Assembly (NCBI GenBank): GCA_965603825.1 | Contig: CBFDEM010000030.1 | Location: forward strand, 248,001 to 312,000 | Length of the DNA: 64,000 nt | Direction of reading: 5' to 3' | Source: Blepharisma stoltei ATCC 30299 | Taxonomy: Eukaryota; Protista; Ciliophora | Shown here: positions 25,591 to 38,200 of the stretch, piece after piece | How positions within the stretch are numbered: position 1 is the stretch's first letter | How the letters are laid out: the number at the start of each line of letters is the position of its first letter | The notes under the pieces: generated by a model | Databases searched by the model: none | What the model was told of the DNA's origin: nothing | The model's input: the letters and a program-made list of their open reading frames with translations, nothing else | Position numbers and translations under genes: made by a program

Positions 25591-27694
25591 GTTTTTCTTC
25601 AAAAGCTTGCATACGCGTTTCTATTAAATTTTTGTTGGAATGAATGGATTTTAGCTTGGATTTTATGTCTTCTAAGCTGTTTTTAACATTTGAGTTAGAT
25701 TTTGAGTGAGGAGAAGATTGGTAGAATGTAGGAGGAGTAGTTGAAATCATGTTTCTAGGAGATCCTGGGGTACTCATAGAGTTACGAAGCGACCTTGGAG
25801 ATGCTGTAGATTGAGTTAGAGAATATTTATTGGCAAGATGACGATTTTCTTTTATAAATGCATTTAATTCGTCATTTTCTTGCTGAAGTGTAGAGAGTTT
25901 GTATTGGTAGCTTGTTATTGATGGAATTAAATCATCAAGTTTTCTTGTTGCTTCCCTCAGCTGTTTTTGCAAATTTTGATTGGAGTCTCTATAGCTTGCA
26001 ATTTCTTGTAAAAATTTGGTTTTTTCTCTTTCAAGACTCTCAACATCACTCATCATTTTTTCTTCTCTTTCCTGCATTTCTCCAATCTGCGCTACATAAT
26101 TTTCTTCAGTTTTCTTATTTTTTATTCATTCACCTTTAATTTGATCATAATCTTCAGCCATTTCTTGGATTTTTCTTTCCAAAATCCTTACTTGGTCTCT
26201 TAATTCTTCTTCAGATTTAATTTTCTCTTTGATTTCATTTTCAAAATAAAATCTCTTACCTCTTTCGTTTTCTGATGTGTATTCTGCGCTTTTAACAATT
26301 TTATTTCTTTGCTCCAGTTCTTTTAAAAGTTCTGTGTTTTTGATTTCAATGTCTCTTAATCTTTCAACTTCTCTTTCAGCATTTTTTCTCATTTCTTGTT
26401 CTATAAGAAAATCTTGTTTGAGCAATTCGTATCTTTTTTGGAAATTATCAAATTCATTAGGAGTGTTTCTATAATCATTTGATAAATTATTTCTCGAAGA
26501 TTTTAAAGGCAATGAAAAGCAGCGGTCTGAGTCTAATGGAGTTGCTGACTGTGATCGATATACAATAGGTGTAATTGATCTATTATCAAAGCTTACATCA
26601 ATAGACTCAAAATTGCTTCTATCATTTCCAATTGCAATTACAAAAGACCCTCCACATTTTATATGCTTAATTTTCCTTCCTTGAATGCCTCGTACTTGAG
26701 TCAAGCTCGATCTACTTCTATAATCCCCTACCCCCAATTCTCCATGATTATTATCACCCCAACTTCACATCGTATTCCTATTATCCCTACACACCCCGTA
26801 GCATCCAGAAATATCAAAATCCACAATTTCACTATAAAAATCGATTTTTTCCGGTACCAAAAATTCCCCAAAAACCCCACTTCCTCATATATACAACTCA
26901 TTTCTTTCTGACAATCCTGCGGAAAATCTTCCACATGAAAGCTTTATTATACCTTCAAAATTCTCTATTTTTATTGGCTGAAGACTATTCTTTTTATTTC
27001 CTATTCCCAGCTGCCCAAAACAATTGCTGCCCATCATATAAACACTTCCATTTTGTGTTAAAATTCCTGTATGCGAATATCCAGCTGAAGCATTTTTAAT
27101 ATCCTCATAAAATGATATAGGAACAGGAAATAATTCATTATGTGTACTTCCAGTTCCTAGCTGCCCAGATTCATTAGCTCCACACATAAAAAGTCGTTTA
27201 CATTTAGAATCCTCTTCAAATACAATTATTGCAGTATGCTGATACCCACAGCTTATATATATTGCAGCACCAGTTAAGCGCACTTGATTAGGGAAGTATC
27301 GATTTTGTTTGTCACCAAGACCTAATTGCCCAAATTTTCCAAAACCCCATGTATACAGTTCACCATCGTCAGTTAGAGCAGCAGAAAGTTTTCCTCCAAA
27401 AGAAATTTTTATTGTCTTTTTATTTGATAAGGACTCTACTAAACAAGGTGACTGGAAAAAATGCTTAGCTTTTGTTCCGATGCCAAGTTGACCTCATGAG
27501 TTATTTCCCATTGTATAGATTAAGCCATTATTAGCAATAAATCCAGCATGCTCATCACCACATGCAAGCTCTTTTACTATAACTCCAAAGCTACAATTTA
27601 TAGGAGAAACATGCTTGTTTTCTTGAGAATCTGGGCCGAGGCCAAGCTGCCCGTAATGGTTTGACCCCCAAACGTAAATTTCTGAGAATTCCAT
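25577..27694 (-). CDS. RCC1-repeat + coiled-coil protein
   Basis: Repeated WGxNxxGQLG and CGxxH units; fragments all in one frame. Confidence 0.9.
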
Positions 27695-27808
27695 TTAAAT
27701 AATTTTCTGGTTAAATAAAAAATAAAATTTCATATATAGCTAAAATAAACATTGAAGTTTATTTGTTTAATAATTTTATAATTGTGAGTCTATTATCCGT
27801 TAAATTAA

Positions 27809-29044
27809 TTAAGGCGAAGTCAATCTTGGAGCTCCTAATCCAACTCCTAACAAATTGCCTCCTACAACAGCGCCACTCTTTGGGCCTACAGTTTGTCTTG
27901 CACCAATCATTCTGGCAGCCTTTGGGTTTTCTGCTGTATAAATTGTCCCATTTTCGTCTTTTTGCTCTTCTAAATTGCTCAGAATATTTTCTGTTTTTTC
28001 AAGCTTACTATAATTATCAGTGACCTTAATATGAGCGTCAGCTAAATTTGTGCTCCAGTTGCTTTTAGATTCGTGTTCTCTAACCCAATCTTCATCATGG
28101 ATTTCCTCACCTTGAAATTTTCGTGCTTCTTTTCTTGCCCAATCTACAAGTCTTGGGATTGGCTGAGTTCCAGTTGCTGCAAATTTTGCGTTCATTGTGA
28201 TGGTGTCATGCCAATCAATAGTTATTGATGAAGTTAAATTTTGACCTCCATCTACTTTCAAAATCTGTCCTGTGATATTAGCTGCTCTTTTTGAGCATAA
28301 AAAGATAATGGCTTTAACTATATCATCTGGATTCGCAACTTTTTTCATTGGGTTTGTTTTCATCATCCTGCTTTTTAAGACACTAACTTCATGAGGTGTA
28401 AGTCCTGCGTATTTAAATAAATTCGTACAAGTGAATCCAGGAGCCACCGCATTTACTCTAACAGGAGCAAGTTCTAAAGCTAAGCATTTAGTTAGCATTT
28501 CAAGGCCTGATTTTGACATGCAGTTAGAAATCATACCTTGCTGGGGTCTATTTCCCCATTCACATGATAAATTTACAATGCAACCCCTGCTTTTTTCTAA
28601 AAAGCTTTGACACATATGGATAATGTGGTAGACAGCTCGCAAATTGATATCAATAATATAATCATGATCTTGAGGATATGTAGACTCTAAATCATTTTCA
28701 AAAATTATTCCAGCTGCGTTAATAAGAATATCAAGGCCACCAAATGTTTCAACTGCACTTAAAACCATATCATATTGCTGACGATCTATAGCAAGATCAC
28801 ATTGAATTGCTACAGCTTGATTTGGAAATTGATGGCCTATTTTTTCTAATTCTTCTAGATCACGGCCTATTAATGCGACTCTAGCACCTTGATTTAAAAG
28901 TCATATTGCACAAGCTTTGCCTATTCCTGATGAAGCACCTGTAATCAAGACTCTTTTGAGTGCAAAATAACGTTTCTGGATAGCATTTTGAGCTACTTGT
29001 ATGCCCAAAGCTTGAAATCCGGTCCATAGTTGTGGGCTGCTCAT
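27809..29044 (-). CDS. Short-chain dehydrogenase/reductase with C-terminal extension
   Basis: TGASSGIG, LDILINAAG, RVNAVAPG, ITGQILKVDGG; the YxxxK motif reads NCMSK. Confidence 0.88.
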
Positions 29045-29554
29045 CTTATTTAATTGTTTATATTTAAAACGGATTAGATGGTAGACAAAAAGTCTGAATA
29101 AAAATCTCTTTTCAATGTATGAAAAATAAAAATTATTATTTTACTATCAGAAATAAATTCAAAATTTATTCAATCAATTTACTTGATTTTATAAAGAGTC
29201 CAATAATTCAGATATTTAGAATTTTTTAGTGTGGAAGAATCCCAAACAATAATTTTTCAATCTTATTCTACTATTTAAATCAGATTCCATTAAATATTAT
29301 GTATAGCTTTCTAATAAACCAAAATCATCTTCAAATTTCAATTTAATTTTTCTTGATATCTAAAATCAATATCTAATAATAAAATCTTCTTTAATCTCCA
29401 GTATATTTCCCCAACTTTTTTATTTTCCTTTCTTTAACACTTTCTAACCTTCTCTATTCTATTTCCTTTCTCTAATTTTTTTATTTTTCGGGTTTTCCTT
29501 CAAATTTCATCTGCTGTCCTCTTATTGCAAGAAATAGAGTGGCTAAGAATAAAT

Positions 29555-29986
29555 ATGGGTTCAGGAGAGCCAAAGGGTATTCTAGCAGGCCGTAAGCTCA
29601 AAGTCCGCCGTATCAAGCAAAGATGGGCAGATAAATCTTACAAAAAATCCCACTTTAACTCAAAATACAAGAAACCATTCGCTGGCACTTCTCATGCTAA
29701 AGGAATTGTGGTTGAGAAACTTGGTATTGAATCCAAGCAGCCAAACTCTGCAGTCAGAAAGTGTGTGAGAGTTCTACTTAAGAAGAACGGCAAAAAAATC
29801 GCTGCTTTCGTGCCGAATGATGGCTGTCTTAACTTTATTGATGAAAATGACGAAGTACTTGTGGCAGGATTCGGAAGAAGTGGACATGCAGTCGGAGATA
29901 TCCCTGGTGTTAGGTTCAAGGTTGTTAAAGTCAAAGGTGTGTCTTTATTAGCCTTGTACTTACACAAGAAAGAAAAGCCTCGGTAA
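29555..29986 (+). CDS. RPS23: 40S ribosomal protein S23 (uS12)
   Basis: [26 protein letters not shown]; the likely start is ATG 29555. Confidence 0.98.
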   Translation: MGSGEPKGILAGRKLKVRRIKQRWADKSYKKSHFNSKYKKPFAGTSHAKGIVVEKLGIESKQPNSAVRKCVRVLLKKNGKKIAAFVPNDGCLNFIDENDEVLVAGFGRSGHAVGDIPGVRFKVVKVKGVSLLALYLHKKEKPR

Positions 29987-30254
29987 TCTAAGGAGATATT
30001 TAGAAAATAATTAGTTGTCTTTAACGATATGGGATAGGATTTGAGTTGAAGATTGTGGTGTATTAGGCTGTTATGCTAGAATTTGAGTTATAATTAAATG
30101 ATTTTCACTATTTTCACTTCAAACAATGATATTTTTGAGCATGTTTTACCTTTTTATATCTATAATTAAAATACTTTTAATTCTTTAAATCGGAATGATG
30201 TAACTATAAATAAAATATTAATTTAGTCAAAATAATTAAAGCAGTCATTATTTT

Positions 30255-30995
30255 TTACAAACGATTTTTTGTCGAAATTCCTAACAGTTCTTCATCAGTC
30301 ACCTTTCCTCTTTTCTTAAAAATAAGTTTCTCTCATTCACGGCAGCTCGGTAATTGATGTTCTTCTCCCTTTGGGAAAAGTTTTAACGATCTTGCATAAC
30401 AAAAAATATCTCTTAAAAACAGCATAAAATTTTTTCCATGATCCATATGTCTTAAATGGGCTAATTCATGGAAAATTACTGCCAAAAGTGTCGATTTATT
30501 ATAAAATCTTGATGAATCATTTGGTGAATTTGGACTTCTGACGCGCAATTGAATATGATGAGCATATGATTTTGGTCCATAAAATCTCAATGGGATTCTT
30601 GTCGTAACAGCTGCTTTTCCTCTAATTGGGTGATTTTCGCTTAAAGCAGCATAAAAGATTCCAAACTTTTTTAAAATTGGCTGGATATCTTGGTCAATTT
30701 CTTTGAGAATCCCTGCAACAGCATCCCTATGCAAGAGAGGAATTTTTTGCTTCTCTCTATTTTTGTATGAGGCAAAAGTATCAAATGGTTGAGGATATTT
30801 TTCAGGTAGTTTATAGTATTTTAAACCGATTTTATTAGATTCTTCGTACGATAATTGCTTTTGAGCGGATAAAGATTTAGGCTTCGGAGTTCTTGACGTT
30901 AAATGGGCTTTTTTAGCAATAAGCGGAAGTCATGTGCTGGTTTTTATTGTGCTTTGTTGCAATGAAAGAGAAGATTTAGATGGGCTTGCTTCCAT
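30255..30995 (-). CDS. WLM/Wss1-like zinc metalloprotease domain protein
   Basis: IQLRVR...HELAHLRHMDHGKNF (HExxH..H); extended through TGA codons. Confidence 0.75.
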
Positions 30996-31549
30996 ATAAA
31001 TATTTTCTTAATATACGATGTTTATTTTGTAATGGATAATTTAACTGTAACTCCTTTTAATTTTTGCAATATTAATATGAGATATAATAAAAATAAATCC
31101 AATAATTCCATTAAAATCAGATAGCCTATATATTAATTAGCTTAGTAAAGTAAAACGATTTATTGATAACATCGTAAATTTAGACATAAAAATTTTATTT
31201 ATTAGTTGATTTATTCCTTAAAGAAGTTCTGTGTATTTATTCGACAATCATTTGCAGCTTTAAACAAAAAAACATTGAAAGCAGCGCTTGCAATGTTGGT
31301 ACCTTAGCTTGTCAGCTTTTATAAAATCTGTTTGCTTTACGATTTAAGGCAACTATAATAATGTTTGCCAGCAAGGAAATAAAAATTTTAGAATCGGCAG
31401 GATTCCTTACTGAGCATTGTTTCGTATAATTATAGATCACAAAAAACTATAAATTTAATATGATAAACTTCTTTCATATCTTAATAGCATTTATAGCAAC
31501 CAGTGATAATAATGACACATCGTTAGAGCAAAATTATTAAAATTTCAGG

Positions 31550-32710
31550 ATGGAACAATTGATAAGCCTAAAAGCCCCAGAAAATCCTCTTCAACAAGTT
31601 TCTAAAATATTTACCTGCTCAAGTACTGATTATTCATCATCTGCATCCCCTAGTTTGCCTTTATCGCCGATACCAATGAACTTTCCAACTATAATGATTA
31701 AAGAGCCAGAATATAGTTTTTCTTATCTAAGTATTGATGATACACAATTTGAAGCTTTAGATTCCTTAGAACAAAAACTAAATTCTCTGTTTGATATAGT
31801 ACGCAAAAAAGAAGAGAAAATCTATATAAGGAGAAATGAATTAATTAAAAGAAAAAATAAAATTGATAAAATTAGAGAGCAATTAAATTCAAGGATGATG
31901 AAACCTAAGCGTGATTTTACTGAAGAATGAAACAATGTAAAAACACTAGAAAATGAAATAAAATCTATTGAACTAAGGATTAAAAATTCATTAGAAAAAA
32001 GAGAGATTGATGCAGGAAATTCTATGTATAAAGATGCAGAAATAAAAGAAGGACTAAATGAACAAATTTCTTTCTTAGAAAGAAAATTGAAAGAAAAGTT
32101 TTGCGAATTAGAAAACTTAAAAAAATTAAAAAAACAGAAATTAGTTAAAAAAAATGAATTTTTGCAAAAGATTGAATTAATAAGGCTTGAAAGGCAAGAT
32201 ATAAAAAGAAGATTAGGAGGAATATCATGATCTGAGACTGCGGAAGATAAAAATATAGAATTATTTATGAGAATAAAGAAAGCTGAGAAAAATTATAGAG
32301 ATGAAGAAATGAAAAAAATCGAACTTGAAAATGAGCTTAGCACTATATTAGAAAAATGGAGTCTTAAGTTTAAAGAAATTTCAAACCGAAAAGCAAAGCT
32401 CAGGACCTATCAAAATGATATAGAAGCTAAATTATCTATAATAAACTATGGAAATCAACAGCTTAAAGAACAACAAAAAAGTAATTTAGAAAGAAAAGCT
32501 TCAATTAGTGATTTAAAAGAGCTTATAGAAATAAAAATTGAAGCAATCAATCAAGAAGAGCAAAATTCACAAAGAAATCAAAGCGAAATACAAGAAAAGA
32601 TAGAAATATTAATTCAGAGTTGTGATAATAGAAAAGAGCCTAGATCTATAAGTAAAAAATCAAAGACAATTGCACCATCAGCAAGATCTAAGATAAAGAT
32701 GAAAAAATAA
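31550..32710 (+). CDS. Coiled-coil protein
   Basis: Three in-frame fragments joined by TGA; K/E-rich heptads. Confidence 0.7.
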
Positions 32711-32794
32711 CAGTTATAATCTGTAAAATTTATTTTAAAAATAAAATATTTGTTAATTAAACTCTGAATAAGTTTTGGAAAAATTAAGTATAAA

Positions 32795-33843
32795 TTAATT
32801 ATATTTTTGTCTTTTTCTTGTTTGAGATTCATTTCTATCATGACTAATATCTGAATATTTATGCTTATCTCTGCTAGCATTACTCTTTTTCTCTTTATGA
32901 TCGTTTCATTTACTAGTTTTTCTAGCTGATCCTTCTATAATCCTATTAGCTGCCATTTCCAATGTTAAATTTTCTTCTCGTTTTACTTTCGCTTCTACCT
33001 CTTCCAGTTTTTTAATATAATATCGTATCTCTTTATTTTTTCCCTCGAGTTTTGCTTCTAGTATTTTTATCTTTTCCTCTTTTTCTGTTAAATAAATTTT
33101 ATTTGCATCAGGTAACAATTTTTCATATTCGATTTTCATTTTCAAGAACTCTTCTTGATGCTTTTTTTCATTCACTTCAGATGAATCTCTTTTCTAATTA
33201 AATCAATTTCATGCTCTTTTATTTGAGAATCTCATTTTGCAACCATCTGCTTATAAGCTTCAACATCCATCGAATCGATTAAATTTTTAGCTCTAAGTCG
33301 GTTTAACTCTTCCTTTGTCTTTTTTAATTCTTCCTTTATTCCTATGAAATTTCTCCTTTTATTAAATAATAGAATGGCATCTTCTAAAGCATTATAAGAA
33401 AAATAATGATGCTCAATCAAATAATTTTCAATAGAGGAACACTCATCTAAAGTTAAAAAATAAATTGCTTCTTCATAAGATAAATATTCAAGAGGGCAAT
33501 TCTTTAAATTCTGTAGATGTCTATAATTTTTAGAAAGAGTTTCTTCACTTAATTTGAGTATTGATGCTCTAGAATCGTTAATTTGTTCAATTAAAGTTTC
33601 GACATTTGCATTGAAATGGTTTATGGCTGCAAGTATAGCTTCATAGCTCTTTTCATAGTAAAGTTCAAGTTGCTTTACTATAACAGGTTTGAGTGTTTTT
33701 TCTATAGGGTTGAGAGCATGACTTATAAAGAAGTTGCTCGAAATATGATCTTTTCAATGAACATTGCAAATTAATGTGCATGCTTCAGTGCATCCGCATT
33801 TTAATATAGCTTGTTTGTCGCATAGATAGCAAATTTGACTCAT
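32795..33843 (-). pseudogene. B-box-like ZnF + coiled-coil protein (no Kelch), frameshifted near 33180-33210
   Basis: CYLC..CGC..C..H..H..H N-terminus; paralog of 34034-35155, but the homologous C-terminal half is in a different frame. Confidence 0.6.
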
Positions 33844-34033
33844 TTATTAAATGTCATCATAATTAAAAATTAAAAGTTAATCCTTCATTTTTAGGAAAAA
33901 GAAGTATTTTATTAGCATATTTTATTATAATTGATAGAATTATAAATTTTATTTATAGATATTATAGACATCATATACATTTTATTATTATATTATTTAA
34001 TTTTACTTAAATGCATTTTTCCAATGAATATAT

Positions 34034-35155
34034 CTAGTTATTATATTTTGCTTTTTTATGAGGCTCAGGCTCATATCCACTTTCTCCATGCGTCTTGATT
34101 TTCTTTTCTCTCACAAACTTATCATTTCCATATACTTTCTTGCTTACTTCTCCACTCTTTTGAAATACTTTATTAATTAAATCTTTTGCCTTATTATCGC
34201 CTCTAATTTCTTCTTCTGTTTTTATCTGCATTGAAGATCTTCGGATCTTCCTGTTTAATTCTTCTATTGTTTTTTCTTTCTCCTTGATTACTTCTTCAAG
34301 CTCTTTTATCTTGCTTTCCTTTTCTATAATGATATGTATATTTGCATTTGGTATCAAGATTTCATAATCGTTTTTCAAATTTTTATATTCGACCATAAAG
34401 TTTTCTTCTTTTTCTTTAATCAATTTATTTCATGATTCTTCTTTTTCTTTAATAAGCTCCTCATAATATTGATCTTTAAATTTCAATTGATTTTCATGGT
34501 CTTTTATTTGCAAATCTCATTTATTAATAATATCTTTATAAGCTTTATTATCCTCGTAAATATCATTGAATTTTTTTTCTTTTGCTTCAAAGGTGATTCT
34601 TAGATTTTTTAATTCATTTTTGCAAGAAATTAATTCAGCATTTATTTGCTTTAGCTTTTTACTTTCTCCAAATTTATAAGCTTCTTCGAATTTATTAACG
34701 GCATTTTCTAATTTTTCATAGTCAAAAAAGTTGATTTCTACCAATCAATCTTGAACATTATCATTATTTATTTTCTGAATAACTTCATAGTCCCAGAAAT
34801 GTAGTGGAGATGTTTTCAATTTATCTAGAATTTGAGACTTTTCATTTATTATATCCTCAGCTATGTACATGACTTCTTCTCGTTTTTCATTTATCTTTCT
34901 TAAAATTTTATCGATTTTTTCGTCAAAATATTTTGCCTTTAAAGTTATTTCTTCAATATTTATTTGGTGAAGATTTTTAATTTTTTCAATAATAACTGGC
35001 TCTAGAGTATTTGGAATGATAATGATTTCATGGTTAGTGCAATTACTTTTTAAGTGATCTTCAATATGATCCCAGCAGCCAAAAGTGCAAGGATTCAAGC
35101 AATTGCATTTCCAGGAGGGCAAAGATTTGCAAATAAAGCAATTAAAGGAATTCAT
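34034..35155 (-). CDS. B-box-like ZnF + coiled-coil protein (no Kelch)
   Basis: CFIC..CNC..C..H..H..H; single frame; ends PHKKAKYNN. Confidence 0.75.
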
Positions 35156-35186
35156 GTATTTTATTATTTTATAATTTATATATCAA

Positions 35187-35197
35187 CCATGCTTACT
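35187..35197 (+). repeat. Left target-site duplication CCATGCTTACT
   Basis: Identical to 40099-40109. Confidence 0.85.
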
Positions 35198-35209
35198 AAC
35201 TTTTTAAAA

Positions 35210-38200
35210 ATGGAAGAATATGCAAGTACAAACTCACCCTCTTCTCTGTCTAATGGACAAGAAAAACTTGTCATTGGTCTTGGAGAAGACAAAGTTATCT
35301 ACAGCTTCTCTTCCTCAACTCATTTCCTACCAGAGCTTGAAGAAAACAAATTTTTAGAATTGTCAGTGAAATTTTATTTGTCTAAATTTCTCAAAGACTG
35401 CAACCAAAACAAGAAAAAAGAGCTCTTTTCAGCATTCTGCATCTCAGTTAACCAAAAATTTCCCCCAGAATCAATCCTAAGATGTCATAGATTACCTTCA
35501 GGAGATGCTATCCTGATTCCTAAAGAAAAATCAATACAACAAGATTTACTGAATCAAATCACATATGAATTAAAATACAAAGGAAGAGACATCATGATAC
35601 CAATCGGAATCTTATGACTAGGTGGTGAAATCAACTACAATAGGTATCGGATTAATTTTACATTACCTCCTGGAATATCGATTGAGGAAACAATTAAATC
35701 ATTAAAGCAAATCTGCGATATAAAAGAAATAATTATGAATAACACAATACAAAATGAAGGCAAGTTTCACAGTCTTAATTTTATACCAGAAGCAAAATAC
35801 ACAATATATGCTGAATTTAATTCACTAGAGCAAGCATTAGATCTCACAGATATATTGAAAATAGGAAATAACTCAGTATGATTAAATCACGCAGGAACAA
35901 TGCAATGCAACACTTGTAACGAAATCGGACACCTTGAATCAAACCACGATAAAATTATTGAAATCAGAGAAAAAAGAAAAAGAATTAAGCAATCTAAGAA
36001 AGTCAAGAAAGGTTCAAGAAATTTAAATTTAATCGATCAAAAATACTTAGTCTCTGATAATAAATATGAAAACAACTTAAAAACACGCAAGATCTCAACA
36101 ATTAAGCCACCCAAAAAAAACATTCATCCTCCTGTTAAAACTCAGAATAATGAACCAGTTAATGCCTACAACTATGATATCAAGACATATATTCCTCTAA
36201 AGAAGAGCATCATAAAGCCGATAGAAATCATAGGAAGAACTATTCTAAAAGAAAATCACAAAAATACAATCAAAAAAATTTTTATAATTAAAAAGACTCC
36301 AGCAATAAGGAAAAATGAACCAGAAAGAGAAGATGTAAATTGAAAGCTTATTAAGGAATCCTCGCAATCCTATAATGAAACTGCTTCCAAATCTCCAAAA
36401 CTTTCTCCATCATCAGAAATAAATTCATCCACTTTGATGACAGATTTTCCTGAAATAAACGTTTCTAAAATCGAAAACCCATTCTTACATAAAAAAGAAA
36501 AGAAAGAAAAACTGATAGTTGAACCCTTGATTTCAATTTATAACACCCAAAATAAGAAAAAGTTTGAAAATCCTTTCATCAATAAAGATGAAAAAGAAAT
36601 TTACAAAAATAAAAAGATACAAATACTAGAGAGCAGAATGTTCCAAGATATGATTAGACCTCTATGCACAATTCTCTTTATTGAAGCATCTGATAATCTC
36701 ACAGATCCAAAAAAATGATTGAAAATAACCCATTCTCCCTTAAGAAAAAATAATGTCCTACCCGTTCAAGTTGAAGAGGAAATTATAATTCCAAATCCAA
36801 GAAGATTGTGCGAAAAAATAATAAGAAAAAATTTTGGATTCATCAACATTTCAGGAATTGGAAAAGACGATCTATCACGAAGACAATTAAGAAATGTTAT
36901 GATCGAAAACGATATTACTATCTTAGGAATAGCTGAAACTTGATTAAAAGATAAAGTTTATATTGATGGTTTTGTGTGAATAGGTAATAATGGACCTATA
37001 GTAGGCTACAGAGGATCAGGTGGAACTGGCTTATTAATTCATAATTCACTGGCAAATGAAATAACTTGAATTGAAACTAATAACCATAGAATAACTGCAG
37101 CAAAGATAGAAGATTTTTTGATAATATGCATATATGCACCAGTACTTGCAAACCACGAAAATGAAAAATCAATTAACGAATATAAATGAAACTTCTATAT
37201 CAACTTTCAGAGGAAATAATAGACACACTATTATCGATTATATTATTTCAGAAACCCTATCAAAGATTAAATACATAGAAGTTCCACAATTAAACACCAA
37301 TCACGTATTATTACTATCTCATATAAAAAGTGTCCAGATAATACCAAAGCAAATATCCGTGATTCCATGATATAAATTAGAAGGCAAGGAATTAGAAGCG
37401 TTCCAACACAGAATCTGAATCAATTTCCAGAATAAAGGAATCTACAAAACTCTTGATCCTTTAGCAATATTTAATAACATCAAATCAACAATTGATGAAG
37501 AATCAAAATACCTACTAAAACATTTAAAACCAGACCATTTTAGAACCCCAGAAATGAAAATCTTATTAAATAGAATAAATGACTCGAGGAAATGAATAAA
37601 ATTTTGCTGAACGCAAAATAATAGAGAACTTGCTAACAAACTACAAAAGGTAAAAAAGGCATGAATAAATAAACTAAAAAGACTATCTAACTATGAAAAA
37701 ATCAGTGAAAGCAGATTGAAAGAATGTATGCAAGATCCATATGGAGCCTGAAACAAAATAAAACGTCAGATGAATAAAAATAGAATCGCATTATCATTAA
37801 ACAAAGAAGAGATTAAAGCTTGAGCAACAGAATTTGAAAATCAATTTAAAAGTAAAATAGAATTCATACCACAAAAGGGATGCTCAAAAGAAGAACTATG
37901 AGATTTCCAAGATATCCAGAAAATCATTAAAAAATTACCAAACAAAAAAGCTCCTGGACCAGACAATATAAGAAATGAAATAATAAAGAAAGGTGGAGAT
38001 ATAATGGCAGAAGCAATTACACATTTCCTTAATAGTTGCAAATTAAATGGAATCCCAGACAAAGCCAATGAAGCAAAAACAATCCTTATATACAAAGGAA
38101 AAGGTAATCCGAAGGAACTTAATAGCTATAGACCCATAACCTTAATGAATAATTTTATGAAGATTCTTGACAAAGCAGAACTAAAAAGAATTGAAAATAC

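Noticed and set aside
29525-29554. TTG-initiated extension of RPS23
   Set aside because: The conserved protein starts at ATG 29555.
35054-35209. N-terminal extension of the retroelement ORF given in the track
   Set aside because: It crosses the TSD and overlaps the opposite-strand gene; the ATG inside the element is at 35210.
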